DNA of 64,000 nucleotides from Candidatus Aegiribacteria sp. (lineage in GTDB: Bacteria > Fermentibacterota > Fermentibacteria > Fermentibacterales > JCC-6), in NCBI GenBank assembly GCA_013138965.1, contig WTBT01000022.1, forward strand, positions 7,459 through 71,458. Reading direction: 5' to 3'. The translations under genes and the position numbers were made by a program. Positions 46,106 to 55,481 of the stretch are shown piece after piece. The notes under the pieces are model-generated. The model searched no databases and was not told where the DNA came from. It saw only the letters and a program-made list of their open reading frames with translations. How positions within the stretch are numbered: the first letter of the stretch is position 1; the number at the start of each line of letters is the position of its first letter.

Positions 46106-47104
46106 ATGAAAGACATCCCTGAAAGGGAGGAGCTTACGGTCGGTAAACTCTTCGAGATACTGGGTGACCGGCTTGAATTGAAAAGAATGAACGGAGATAT
46201 CGGTTACGGGAGGATGATCGGATCTGAGGACATCAGCCGCCCCGGAATGGCCCTGACCGGATACCTCCATAAATTCCTTCACGACAGGTTGCAGATCTTC
46301 GGTGAAACGGAGATATCATATCTTGATTCTCTTCCCGCGTCGCGAAGGAAGTCTTCAATTGAATCACTATTCCAATTTCCGATCTACTGCTGCATTGTAA
46401 CCAAGGGACTTGAACCTCCGGATGAACTTCTCAAACTCTCCGAATCCAATTCTTCTGCTCTGTTCCGTTCAACAATGGATACTACTCCACTGATACATGA
46501 ACTGCACAGTTTTCTTGATCTCGTGTTCGCACCTCGAACGAACGTATACGGAAGCCTTGTTGAGGTATTCGGCGCAGGAGTCCTGTGTACCGGAAGAAGC
46601 GCTATCGGCAAAAGTGAAACGGTGCTCGGTCTTATCGAGAGGGGACACAGATTGATAGCGGACGACAGGGTTCACGTAAGAAAAATAGGCAATGCGCTTT
46701 TCGGCACAGGCGATTCAAAAATAGCGCATCACATGGAGATCAGAGGACTTGGCCTGATTGATGTCTCCGCATTCTACGGTATCAGATCGATTAAGGACAG
46801 GCAGCAGATCCATCTGGAAGTAAAACTGGAGGAATGGTCCAGGGACAACCAGGATTTCGACAGAACCGGCCTTATTCAGAAGATCAGTACGATACTGGAT
46901 CTGCCGATCCCAAGAACTATCATACCTGTTCTTCCAGGCAGGAACCTTACGCTTCTTCTTGAGGTGGCAGTCATGAACTACCTGCTTCTCAAGAAGGGAA
47001 GGAATGTCCCCGAGGAAGTTGAAAAAGACCTTATCGAGAGAATAATCAGAAAAGAGATGAAATCAGGAAGAAAAAAAGACCTGGAGAACCTTATTGAAAA
47101 CTGA
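46106..47104 (+). CDS. hprK: HPr kinase/phosphorylase
   Basis: 'VFGAGVLCTGRSAIGKSETVLGLIERGHRLIADD' P-loop region of HprK. Confidence 0.9.
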   Translation: MKDIPEREELTVGKLFEILGDRLELKRMNGDIGYGRMIGSEDISRPGMALTGYLHKFLHDRLQIFGETEISYLDSLPASRRKSSIESLFQFPIYCCIVTKGLEPPDELLKLSESNSSALFRSTMDTTPLIHELHSFLDLVFAPRTNVYGSLVEVFGAGVLCTGRSAIGKSETVLGLIERGHRLIADDRVHVRKIGNALFGTGDSKIAHHMEIRGLGLIDVSAFYGIRSIKDRQQIHLEVKLEEWSRDNQDFDRTGLIQKISTILDLPIPRTIIPVLPGRNLTLLLEVAVMNYLLLKKGRNVPEEVEKDLIERIIRKEMKSGRKKDLENLIEN

Positions 47105-47360
47105 AAATACTGAAGTAGTGAACAGGCTTGGTATTCATGCCAGGCCGGCTGCTCAGATAGTCAAGGCCGCTTCACTGTTTGACTGCAATGTAACCTTGAC
47201 GGTTGATGGCGATTCGGTTAACGCAAAGAGTATTATGGGCGTAATGACACTTGCGGCATGCAGAGGCAGCATCATCGAGGTCACGGCTGACGGCGATGAT
47301 GAAAATGAGGCGCTTCAATCAATCACCGAGATTATCAGAAATGGATTCGGAGAGGAGTAG
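47094..47360 (+). CDS. ptsH: phosphocarrier protein HPr
   Basis: His15 motif 'GIHARPA' and Ser46 region 'AKSIMGVM'. TTG start overlapping the hprK end. Confidence 0.85.
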   Translation: MKTENTEVVNRLGIHARPAAQIVKAASLFDCNVTLTVDGDSVNAKSIMGVMTLAACRGSIIEVTADGDDENEALQSITEIIRNGFGEE

Positions 47361-47365
47361 AGCGA

Positions 47366-49144
47366 GTGAGCATTAGACTCAGCGGCACACCTGCGTCTCC
47401 AGGAGTATCCATAGGGCCGGCATTTCTTCTGAACGTTGAAGAGCTGAGAGTGAAGAAGAAAACCCTGAGAACCGCCGAAGAGGTTGAAATTGAACTGGAA
47501 CGCTTCACTAACGCGATTACAAAAACGCGGGGGGAACTCGAACTAATATCTGATAGGTTAAGCGATATCATCGAGGGAAAGCAGCTCATGGAGGTTCACA
47601 TTCTGCTTCTTAACGATCCATCCATGATCGCCGATGTACAGAACCGGATAGAGAATGAACATGTCTGCGCCGAGTACGCTGTAAGCACGGTTCTAAACAA
47701 TGTGCTTGAACGCTTCCGCGCGATGAAGGATCCGTACCTTCGGAACAGGGCAGCTGATATAAGGGATGTGGGCAGAAGGGTACTGGCTAATCTGCTGGGT
47801 ACCGAGGAGGAAGTGCTCTCCAGCCTGAACAGCCCGGTAATTCTTGTGTCAAAGGATCTTGACCCATCGCAGACCGCGGGGCTTTCAAGAAGGCAGCTTC
47901 TTGGAATAGCAACCGATCTCGGCGGTTCGACCTCACATACCGCGATACTTGCCAGGAGCATGGGGATTCCGGCTGTTGTTGCCCTGAAAGATGTAGCCGA
48001 ATCCGCTGTCCCGGGACAGTGTGTAATAATAGACGGCATCCACGGGAATGTAATCCTCGATCCCGATGATGATGAACTCCGGTACTATTCCGAGCTCAAG
48101 AAGCGTTACAATGCCGCCGAGGCTGAGATTGCGCTGAACGCGGATACTCCCGCCGCGACCGCGGATGGAAAGTCTATAGAGCTTTCGGCGAATATTGAAT
48201 TCTCCCAGGAGGCGGATCAGGTCAACCGTTTCGGAGGCTATGGAATCGGCCTGTTCAGGACTGAGTTCATAAGGCTTCTCTCGCCGGAAGTCGAAGATAA
48301 TGAGGAGATGCATTACCGAGCCTACAGGCATGTAGTGGAGACCATGAACCCTGAACCTGTAATAATAAGGACGCTTGATCTGGGAGGGGACAAATTCCTT
48401 GATTCAATCCCCACAGTTGAGAAGAATCCGTTCCTCGGATGGAGAGGCATCAGGATCTGTCTGGACCGCCCGGAGAAGTTCAAAAAGCAGCTGAGTGCGC
48501 TGCTGAGGGCTGCAAGACATGGCAACGCAAAGATTATGCTTCCGATGATCACCGGTTACGACCAGGTTGTTCAGGTCAGGGGCATGCTGGATAATATTGC
48601 GGCCCAACTGGACAGAGATGGGATCCCCAGGGGAGATATCCCCCCTCTCGGCATCATGATAGAAACTCCCGCGGCCGTTCTCGGCATTGATCTTCTGCTC
48701 CCTCATACCGATTTCGTATCCATAGGCTCAAATGATCTTACACAGTACACTCTGGCGGTTGACAGAGGCAGCCCGTACGTATCAAACCTCTTTGATTCTC
48801 TGCACCCTGCAGTTGTCAGGCAGATCGAAATCGTTGCCAGGAAATGCAGGGAAGTCGGGCAGTGGGTTGGTATCTGCGGACAGATGGCCAGCAATCCATT
48901 GGCTATTCCTCTGCTCCTTGGATTCGGCCTGAACGAACTCAGCGTACCTCTGACACTGATTCCTGATGTAAAGGAGATGATCAGTGTCATCCGCATGAGT
49001 GAAGTTGAATCCCTTGCTGAAAGTACGCTCAAAATGAAATCTTCTGAGGAGATCAGAAAATGTGTTCTCGATTACGTTAAATCCAGATATCCCGAAATCC
49101 TGCTGGATGAGATAGATCGGGAGAATAACGATCGGGGGAATTAA
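47366..49144 (+). CDS. ptsI: phosphoenolpyruvate-protein phosphotransferase (PTS enzyme I)
   Basis: 'GGSTSHTAILARSMGIPAVVAL' (phospho-His) and PEP-utilising domains. 592 aa. Confidence 0.9.
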   Translation: MSIRLSGTPASPGVSIGPAFLLNVEELRVKKKTLRTAEEVEIELERFTNAITKTRGELELISDRLSDIIEGKQLMEVHILLLNDPSMIADVQNRIENEHVCAEYAVSTVLNNVLERFRAMKDPYLRNRAADIRDVGRRVLANLLGTEEEVLSSLNSPVILVSKDLDPSQTAGLSRRQLLGIATDLGGSTSHTAILARSMGIPAVVALKDVAESAVPGQCVIIDGIHGNVILDPDDDELRYYSELKKRYNAAEAEIALNADTPAATADGKSIELSANIEFSQEADQVNRFGGYGIGLFRTEFIRLLSPEVEDNEEMHYRAYRHVVETMNPEPVIIRTLDLGGDKFLDSIPTVEKNPFLGWRGIRICLDRPEKFKKQLSALLRAARHGNAKIMLPMITGYDQVVQVRGMLDNIAAQLDRDGIPRGDIPPLGIMIETPAAVLGIDLLLPHTDFVSIGSNDLTQYTLAVDRGSPYVSNLFDSLHPAVVRQIEIVARKCREVGQWVGICGQMASNPLAIPLLLGFGLNELSVPLTLIPDVKEMISVIRMSEVESLAESTLKMKSSEEIRKCVLDYVKSRYPEILLDEIDRENNDRGN

Positions 49145-50125
49145 ATGCACGCCATAATCCCGGTTGCGGGAAAAGGCACAAGAATGCGACCTCTGACGTG
49201 GTCTGTACCCAAAGTTCTCATTCGTCTGGCTGGTAACACTGTCCTTGGGCATATCATAAATGAACTGAAAGCTTACGGAGTAGATCATATAACGCTGATC
49301 GTTGGATATCTCGGTGATGAGATCGTGAAATGGACCAGAGCGAACTATCCTGACATCAAGGTGGATTACGCTGTTCAGGAAAGAATGGACGGACTCGCAT
49401 CCGCCGTTCATCTCGCGTCACGCATGACCGATGACGGACAGACCCTGGTCGTCCTTGGTGATACTCTCTTCAGGGCTGACCTTTCACTCGCGTTAAGCGA
49501 TGAATCGAATATGATCGCGGTGAAAAGGGTGGAGGATCCACGCAGATTCGGCGTCGTCGTTCTTGATGGCCGCATTGTTACAAGACTCGTGGAGAAACCT
49601 TCTGAATTTGTCAGCGACATGGCGATCGTGGGAATTTACGGATTCTCATCAGGATCGATTCTTATGAACGCCGTTTCCCGGCTTATCAGCAGCGGCATCA
49701 AAACCAGGGGGGAATTCCAGCTGACAGACGCTATGCAGCTTATGCTTGAAGAGGGACACTCATTCGGGTGTTTTGAGGTGGAAGGCTGGTACGATTGCGG
49801 TAAACCTGAAACCGTTCTGGAAACAAACCGTATTCTACTTGATCTGGGAAAAGGCTCATCGGTCGGAGAACACGAAAACGCTGTAATAGTACCGCCTGTA
49901 AGCATAGACGATGGTGTTGAGATCATTTCTTCAATAGTGGGTCCTTATGTATCAATCGCTTCGGGTTCGAAGATAAGAGGATCCATCCTCAGGAACACCA
50001 TAATCGGGTCCGGGACATGCCTCAGGAATGTGCATATCCACGATTCCATAATCGGTAACGAAGCGGATTTATCCGGTACGGCTGTCAGCATTAACGCAGG
50101 CAGTTCATGCATAATTGAAATATAA
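49145..50125 (+). CDS. sugar-phosphate nucleotidyltransferase with C-terminal left-handed beta-helix
   Basis: 'IIPVAGKGTRMRPLT..PKVLI' NTP_transferase signature plus hexapeptide-like repeats in the C-terminus. Confidence 0.75.
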   Translation: MHAIIPVAGKGTRMRPLTWSVPKVLIRLAGNTVLGHIINELKAYGVDHITLIVGYLGDEIVKWTRANYPDIKVDYAVQERMDGLASAVHLASRMTDDGQTLVVLGDTLFRADLSLALSDESNMIAVKRVEDPRRFGVVVLDGRIVTRLVEKPSEFVSDMAIVGIYGFSSGSILMNAVSRLISSGIKTRGEFQLTDAMQLMLEEGHSFGCFEVEGWYDCGKPETVLETNRILLDLGKGSSVGEHENAVIVPPVSIDDGVEIISSIVGPYVSIASGSKIRGSILRNTIIGSGTCLRNVHIHDSIIGNEADLSGTAVSINAGSSCIIEI

Positions 50126-51206
50126 AAATACTGAACCGCAAGCCTGCCCCGCGACACCTCTAATCTACGCTGATTCCCTTTCCAACAGAGGCGGAACAGG
50201 CATTTATCTGAAGAGACTTCTTGAAGGTTTCTCTCAGTGTGATGCCCGGGTTATCGCTGCTGTGGGCAGGAAACTCATGACTCCCGCCGCGGCGCTTTCT
50301 TATCAGCACTATCCTGGAAGCATCCGGAAAGTTATCAATGAAAACACTATCCTGCCTTCCATCACCGCTTCCCTTTCTCCCTCGATAGCTCATCTTCCCG
50401 CCTTCTCCGGCAGATCGCCTCGAAGTGTTCCATGCGCGGTTACTCTTCATGATCTTGCATTCTGCAGGAACCCCTCATGGTTTCCATTATTGAGATCGAT
50501 CTATTACCGTCTTCACTTCAGAGCGGTCGCGGCAAAAGCGGATGTAGTTATGGTTGACAGCGAATCAACGGGTAATGAAGCCCGCACGCTTCTTGGAATT
50601 GAAGAGAGCAGAATCAGGAGGATCTACCTTTCAACCGACTCATTCCTGGCCGATCCCGCTGCTTTCAGGAAAAGATTCTCCATGCAAAAGGGAAGATATA
50701 TTGTGTTTGCGGGTACCATCGAACCTAGAAAGAATATTTCAGCGCTGCTTGATTCCTGGGAGATCGTAAACAGAACCCATACCGATCTCAAGCTTGTAAT
50801 CGCGGGAAGATGGGGGTGGGGAACCGAAGCGCTCAGGAGAAAGCTGCATCAGACTGAAGGTGTTATTCTGGCCGGTCCCCTTTCGGAAACCATGCTTAAA
50901 AGTTGCATTTCTGGCGCTGCGCTTCTTGTCTATCCATCTTTGTACGAGGGTTTCGGGCTGCCTCCCCTTGAAGCCGCTTCAGCTGGAGTTCCTTCGGTGG
51001 TTACTCCGGCATCCGCGCTGAAGGAGATCTATTCAGGGATCTCGATCATTGCTGAGGGGTTTGATCCTGACTCAATTGCGATGTCAATCCTCTGTTCGAT
51101 TGACAGTGAGCATGACACGGAAGCACTTATGAGCTTCGCATCGGGTTTTTCAACTGAACGGATGGCCAAAGAGGTACTGAAGGTGTATGAAGAGTTTGGA
51201 ACATGA
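50115..51206 (+). CDS. glycosyltransferase family 4
   Basis: 'YPSLYEGFGLPPLEAASAGVPSVVTPASALKEIY'. TTG start. N-terminus 'LIYADSLSNRGGTGIYL'. Confidence 0.8.
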   Translation: MKYKNTEPQACPATPLIYADSLSNRGGTGIYLKRLLEGFSQCDARVIAAVGRKLMTPAAALSYQHYPGSIRKVINENTILPSITASLSPSIAHLPAFSGRSPRSVPCAVTLHDLAFCRNPSWFPLLRSIYYRLHFRAVAAKADVVMVDSESTGNEARTLLGIEESRIRRIYLSTDSFLADPAAFRKRFSMQKGRYIVFAGTIEPRKNISALLDSWEIVNRTHTDLKLVIAGRWGWGTEALRRKLHQTEGVILAGPLSETMLKSCISGAALLVYPSLYEGFGLPPLEAASAGVPSVVTPASALKEIYSGISIIAEGFDPDSIAMSILCSIDSEHDTEALMSFASGFSTERMAKEVLKVYEEFGT

Positions 51207-52282
51207 GAATCCTGCAGGTTTACAAAGACATCCATCCATTCGTGCGGGGCGGAATCGAAAGATACATTCATGATCTCTCCAGATATCTCTCCGGGAAGGG
51301 ACATGAGGTAGATGTGCTTGTGGCCGGAAGTGGAGGTTCCTCCGATAAGATTTCAGGGTTCAATGTCATAAAGTATCCCTGTATATGCAGAATTCTCTCA
51401 AATCCAATATCTCCGCGTCTGCGCAGGATACTGAAAACAACTCCCGCGGATGTTCTGCACTTTCACCTTCCTCTTCCTTCAGCAGTTGCGGCCTGGCTGC
51501 TGTCCGGGCGTGATACTCCCTACGTGGTAACTTATCACAGTGATATAGTCAGGCAGGCATTTATTCTTCCTCTGTACGGCCCGCTTCTCAGAAGATTCTT
51601 AAAAGGCGCTTTCAGAGTAATAGCCACATCGCCCATCTACCGCGACACATCAAATTACCTCTCTGATCTTGAGAATACCGAAGTAATACCTATCGGTTCA
51701 GACCTTGATCTGTTCAAACCGCCCGATAGCGTACAAACGGGAGATTATGTACTGTTTGTAGGCAGATTTCGGATGTACAAAGGTATCGAAGTCCTTCTTG
51801 ACGCATGGAACGAATTCCCTGAGCGAAGGCTTATTATGGTTGGTGGAGGCCCGCTGGAGAACCTTGTACGTAAGAGAATCCTGGATGAGAACCTCAACAT
51901 CGAAATTGTAAGCGACCCGGATGATCAGGAACTTGTTGAACTCTATCAGAAGGCCAGATGTCTTGTTCTCCCATCCACACTCAGAAGCGAAGCCTTCGGC
52001 ATGGTGCAGACCGAAGCGATGGCATGCGGTATTCCCGTTATAAGCACAGCCCTGTCTACGGGAGTTCCCTGGGTAAACACTGACGGCGTATCCGGTCTGG
52101 TCATCCCCCCGGCTGATCACAGTGCGCTTTCAGAGGCTGTACGAAAGCTTGACGATCATCATCTTCATTCTTTCCTCGCGGCAGGGGCTCGGAAGAGGGC
52201 GGAACGCTGCTTCAATGCCTTACATTTATTTACGCACGTGGAATCTCTTCTCGAAGAAGCAGCTGATGTGGAAATCAACTGA
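51203..52282 (+). CDS. glycosyltransferase family 4
   Basis: 'MRILQVYKD..GGIERYIHDL' and 'EAFGMVQTEAMACGIPVISTAL'. Confidence 0.85.
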   Translation: MRILQVYKDIHPFVRGGIERYIHDLSRYLSGKGHEVDVLVAGSGGSSDKISGFNVIKYPCICRILSNPISPRLRRILKTTPADVLHFHLPLPSAVAAWLLSGRDTPYVVTYHSDIVRQAFILPLYGPLLRRFLKGAFRVIATSPIYRDTSNYLSDLENTEVIPIGSDLDLFKPPDSVQTGDYVLFVGRFRMYKGIEVLLDAWNEFPERRLIMVGGGPLENLVRKRILDENLNIEIVSDPDDQELVELYQKARCLVLPSTLRSEAFGMVQTEAMACGIPVISTALSTGVPWVNTDGVSGLVIPPADHSALSEAVRKLDDHHLHSFLAAGARKRAERCFNALHLFTHVESLLEEAADVEIN

Positions 52283-52805
52283 GGAGAAGGGGAACCGGGT
52301 TAGAATTGAAGTTCTGCTTGTAGTGCTGGCAACAGGCGCCGGTGTTATAGAGAACATTATCCCCAGACCCATTCCTTTTATAAAGCCGGGGCTGGCAAAT
52401 ATAATTACTGTTGCCGCTATCGTTAAATACGGTTTCTGGACAGGTCTGAGAGTAAATATTCTCAGGTCAACAGGCGCAGCATTATTCATAGGTACCCTCG
52501 CGACACCCACGTATCTCCTTTCTCTTTCCGGCGGAATCGTATCGGCCCTGGTAATGGGGAGTGTTAAAAGGGTATTTTCCGTTACAGGAATGTCAGTTGC
52601 CGGAAGCCTGGGAAGTCTTCTGATCCAGCTCTTGACAGCTTCGGTACTTCTTCCGGGGCTTCCTGTTGCCGGACTTCTGCTGCCACTGTCAATATGGGGT
52701 ACCCTTTCAGGAACCATAACTGGTATTGTAGCTATTGTATTATTGAGGAGGGGGTTTCCCTGGATTCATGATTCAGGGGTTGATTCAGCAACTTTACAGG
52801 AATAG
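52266..52805 (+). CDS. Gx transporter family membrane protein (HepS component I-like)
   Basis: 'ATGAGVIENIIPRPIPFIKPGLANIITVAAI' resembles the Gx/Hpre_diP_synt_I family. ATG at 52266 within ORF 52122..52805. Confidence 0.5.
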   Translation: MWKSTEEKGNRVRIEVLLVVLATGAGVIENIIPRPIPFIKPGLANIITVAAIVKYGFWTGLRVNILRSTGAALFIGTLATPTYLLSLSGGIVSALVMGSVKRVFSVTGMSVAGSLGSLLIQLLTASVLLPGLPVAGLLLPLSIWGTLSGTITGIVAIVLLRRGFPWIHDSGVDSATLQE

Positions 52806-52826
52806 ATTACAATCGCTGGAGGAGAT

Positions 52827-53099
52827 TTGCTTCACAATCGTTCGACCGCATTCTGGATAACTATTTCATTCTTCGGAATGATGACAGGTACTATATTCGG
52901 CGAAGCAATAGCAGCTCTTCTCCCTGAATCATCCACGGCTCTGCGGTCGTTTTTCGGAGGAGCTCTGGAATTTTCATTAGGGCCGGTCGGGTTCGATCTG
53001 ATCGTCTTCAGGTTCGCTCTGGAGGAGATTGCTTTCAAGCTTAATCTCATGAGTTTTGCGGGACTGATGTTTGTAGGTTATCTTTACCGATGGTTCTGA
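52827..53099 (+). CDS. small membrane protein, unknown
   Basis: 90 aa with two hydrophobic helices. Confidence 0.4.
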   Translation: MLHNRSTAFWITISFFGMMTGTIFGEAIAALLPESSTALRSFFGGALEFSLGPVGFDLIVFRFALEEIAFKLNLMSFAGLMFVGYLYRWF

Positions 53100-53124
53100 T
53101 ACGGCACTGCAGGCAGGAGATATT

Positions 53125-53331
53125 ATGATGTTTCGTCCAGGTACCGGTGAAATAATACTGATAGTCGTTGTTCTCCTACTCCTTTTCGGGGCAAAAAGAA
53201 TTCCGGATCTGGCCAGGTCAATTGGTCAGGCGCTCCATATGTTCAAAAAAGGAATGAAAGAAGGTATTTTGGATATAGATAAGGATGAAGACGATTCTGG
53301 AAACGGGGAAAATACGGATGGCCACAGTTAG
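53125..53331 (+). CDS. tatA: twin-arginine translocase subunit TatA/E
   Basis: 'GEIILIVVVLLLLFGAKRIPDLARSIGQA' TM plus amphipathic helix, acidic tail. Confidence 0.8.
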   Translation: MMFRPGTGEIILIVVVLLLLFGAKRIPDLARSIGQALHMFKKGMKEGILDIDKDEDDSGNGENTDGHS

Positions 53332-53926
53332 CTACAGTTCAAGAGAGATCGACTGCAAACTGGTATACGCCGGACCTGGATTGTCCGGCAAGACGACTAA
53401 CGTCAAGTTCATTCATAGTCAGATACCTTCCAGTGACAGGGGGAAGCTGATCTCTTTAGCTACAGGTAACGAACGTACCCTGTTTTTTGATTTCCTTCCT
53501 ATAAACACAGGCACGATCTACGGATTCAAAGTAAGGCTACATCTGTACAGTGTACCGGGACAGGCGATGTATACGGACAGCCGCCAGCTGATTCTTCAGG
53601 GAGTTGACGGTATTATCTTCGTAGCTGATTCCCAGAGGGCCAGAATGGACGCTAACATAGCAAGTCTGCACGATCTGAAGGATAATCTCAAGGGTACGAA
53701 AAGAAAAGGACTCAGCCTTGTGCTCCAGACCAACAAAAGAGACCTTCCGGATATTCATCCCACTGATGTTATAAGAAAGCGACTTGGCCTTGAAAGAGTC
53801 CCCTGTATCGAATCAGTTGCCACGGATGGCACAGGTGTGTTCGAAACCCTCAGAAAAGCAAGCCGCATCGTTATGCGCAGACTGCACCGTCAGTTCTCTC
53901 TTGCCCTTGACCAGAAGAGAGGTTGA
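53318..53926 (+). CDS. mglA: MglA-type small Ras-like GTPase
   Basis: 'YSSREIDCKLVYAGPGLSGKTT', 'TLFFDFLP', 'RLHLYSVPGQ', 'FVADSQ', 'NKRDL' closely match Myxococcus MglA. Confidence 0.85.
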   Translation: MATVSYSSREIDCKLVYAGPGLSGKTTNVKFIHSQIPSSDRGKLISLATGNERTLFFDFLPINTGTIYGFKVRLHLYSVPGQAMYTDSRQLILQGVDGIIFVADSQRARMDANIASLHDLKDNLKGTKRKGLSLVLQTNKRDLPDIHPTDVIRKRLGLERVPCIESVATDGTGVFETLRKASRIVMRRLHRQFSLALDQKRG

Positions 53927-53942
53927 ATTGAACAGCCGCAGG

Positions 53943-55412
53943 ATGGTTGACCTTCTTCTTGTAAGACTTACAAGTGAAGATGAAAAAAATAAAGTAGTGA
54001 ACCTGCTCATGAGCGAACTTGGCATGTCCCGGGAAGAGGCAAGGGATAAGGTCGATAATTCCCCCAATATTCTCAGCGAAGGCGTTGAAATGGAGCAGGG
54101 CAGAATACTTCAGGACAGGATGTATCCATTCGTAGACCTCCTCCCGAGGCATTACGATGCTAAATCCACCGTGAAAGCCGCGAAAGATAATGAACCTGAA
54201 GAGTCACCCTATGAATTGATTACGGATGATATCGCTCCCCTGAATGAAGAGAAGGGAAAACAGCATCCTGATAGCGGGGAATCAAATGACATCTACCATA
54301 ACCCGAGCGCCATAACTGAAGAGGATTATGCGCCCAAGTCGTTTGATGATAAGGATGACGATTCTCTTATCATTACCTCAGCTTCCGAGGAGATGCTTAG
54401 TATTGAACGGTGCCACATCTGCGGCAGAACTCCCACAGGCGATCAGAAACTTGCTCCCTGTCAAACATGCGGAGACCTTACATGCGCAAACTGTTACAAC
54501 AGAAAACACCACGTCTGCAATAAGTGCGCTGCTGCGGGAAGAGTTGTGGATCGCCCGCTGGACTCCGTGCCCGAAAAAAGGGAAGAAATCCCTGATGAAG
54601 ACCGCAATATAGAGGCGAAATATGACTCGTCAAAAAGAATATCCAGACCTGTAAGAACCGGGACACTATCCAGGAATTTGCCCCTGGCTATCATTTTAAC
54701 ATCCCTGATTCTGGTTGCAGCCTTCATCATAATCGATCCGATGAATCTCTTTACTTCCCCGGATAACAGTACGGATGGCACTGCAGTCTTACCTGTGGAT
54801 ACCTGCAATGAGGCCGATTCGGTCGAGGTCCCTGATACAACCCTTATTCCGGAAGCTGATATGACTGTTACTCCGGATGACTCCCTCTTTGCGGATTCCG
54901 TGGTGTCCATCAAATACATTTCACTCAGAGATATCTCCGTGCCCGATTCACTTGGAATCGGCGAGGGATATTCACTGCCCAGAATTCTTAACTCCTCACC
55001 TGTTGCCGGTATAGAGATTCAAACGGATTCCCTGCCCTTTATTGCGGATATTCTGGGTCAGCTGGCATCAGTTTATTCCATCGAGTTCGACGGCATTTCG
55101 CTTATACGCACACATGACGGATTTGACATTCTTTTAATGTCCATACTCCATCCTGAACCGGCGGAAAAAAGAACAGCTCTGCTGGGCAATCTCGGCACAG
55201 CGCTCGATTCAACAATAGTTGACCAGATGGTTCTGTACTACAGAGAAAACCAGTATTACGAGGCGGAGATGTTCACTTTCACAGCTGACAGTTTCTCTAT
55301 CCTTGCAAGATCCAACAGCCCGAATTTCCTTCAGAGGAAACAGGCGGTAATACACGAAACAACGGAACTTATCACCGGTAGAATCCTTGACTGGATGACA
55401 GATCTGAACTGA
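53943..55412 (+). CDS. membrane protein: N-terminal ribosomal L7/L12-CTD-like domain, acidic linker, double Cys4 zinc ribbon, one TM helix, periplasmic domain
   Basis: 'NKVVNLLMSELGMSREEARDKVDNSPNILSEGVEMEQGRIL' parallels bL12 CTD '[35 protein letters not shown]'. 'CHICGR..CQTCGD..CANC..CNKC'. TM 'LPLAIILTSLILVAAFIII'. Confidence 0.5.
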   Translation: MVDLLLVRLTSEDEKNKVVNLLMSELGMSREEARDKVDNSPNILSEGVEMEQGRILQDRMYPFVDLLPRHYDAKSTVKAAKDNEPEESPYELITDDIAPLNEEKGKQHPDSGESNDIYHNPSAITEEDYAPKSFDDKDDDSLIITSASEEMLSIERCHICGRTPTGDQKLAPCQTCGDLTCANCYNRKHHVCNKCAAAGRVVDRPLDSVPEKREEIPDEDRNIEAKYDSSKRISRPVRTGTLSRNLPLAIILTSLILVAAFIIIDPMNLFTSPDNSTDGTAVLPVDTCNEADSVEVPDTTLIPEADMTVTPDDSLFADSVVSIKYISLRDISVPDSLGIGEGYSLPRILNSSPVAGIEIQTDSLPFIADILGQLASVYSIEFDGISLIRTHDGFDILLMSILHPEPAEKRTALLGNLGTALDSTIVDQMVLYYRENQYYEAEMFTFTADSFSILARSNSPNFLQRKQAVIHETTELITGRILDWMTDLN

Positions 55413-55481
55413 TCATGCACCCTTTCGGAATACTCTCCGATAAGGTAGTATTCCCGGAACAATTACAATCATGAAAGACGT

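Noticed and set aside
48782-49411. 209-aa minus-strand ORF
   Set aside because: Antisense to the ptsI / nucleotidyltransferase junction.
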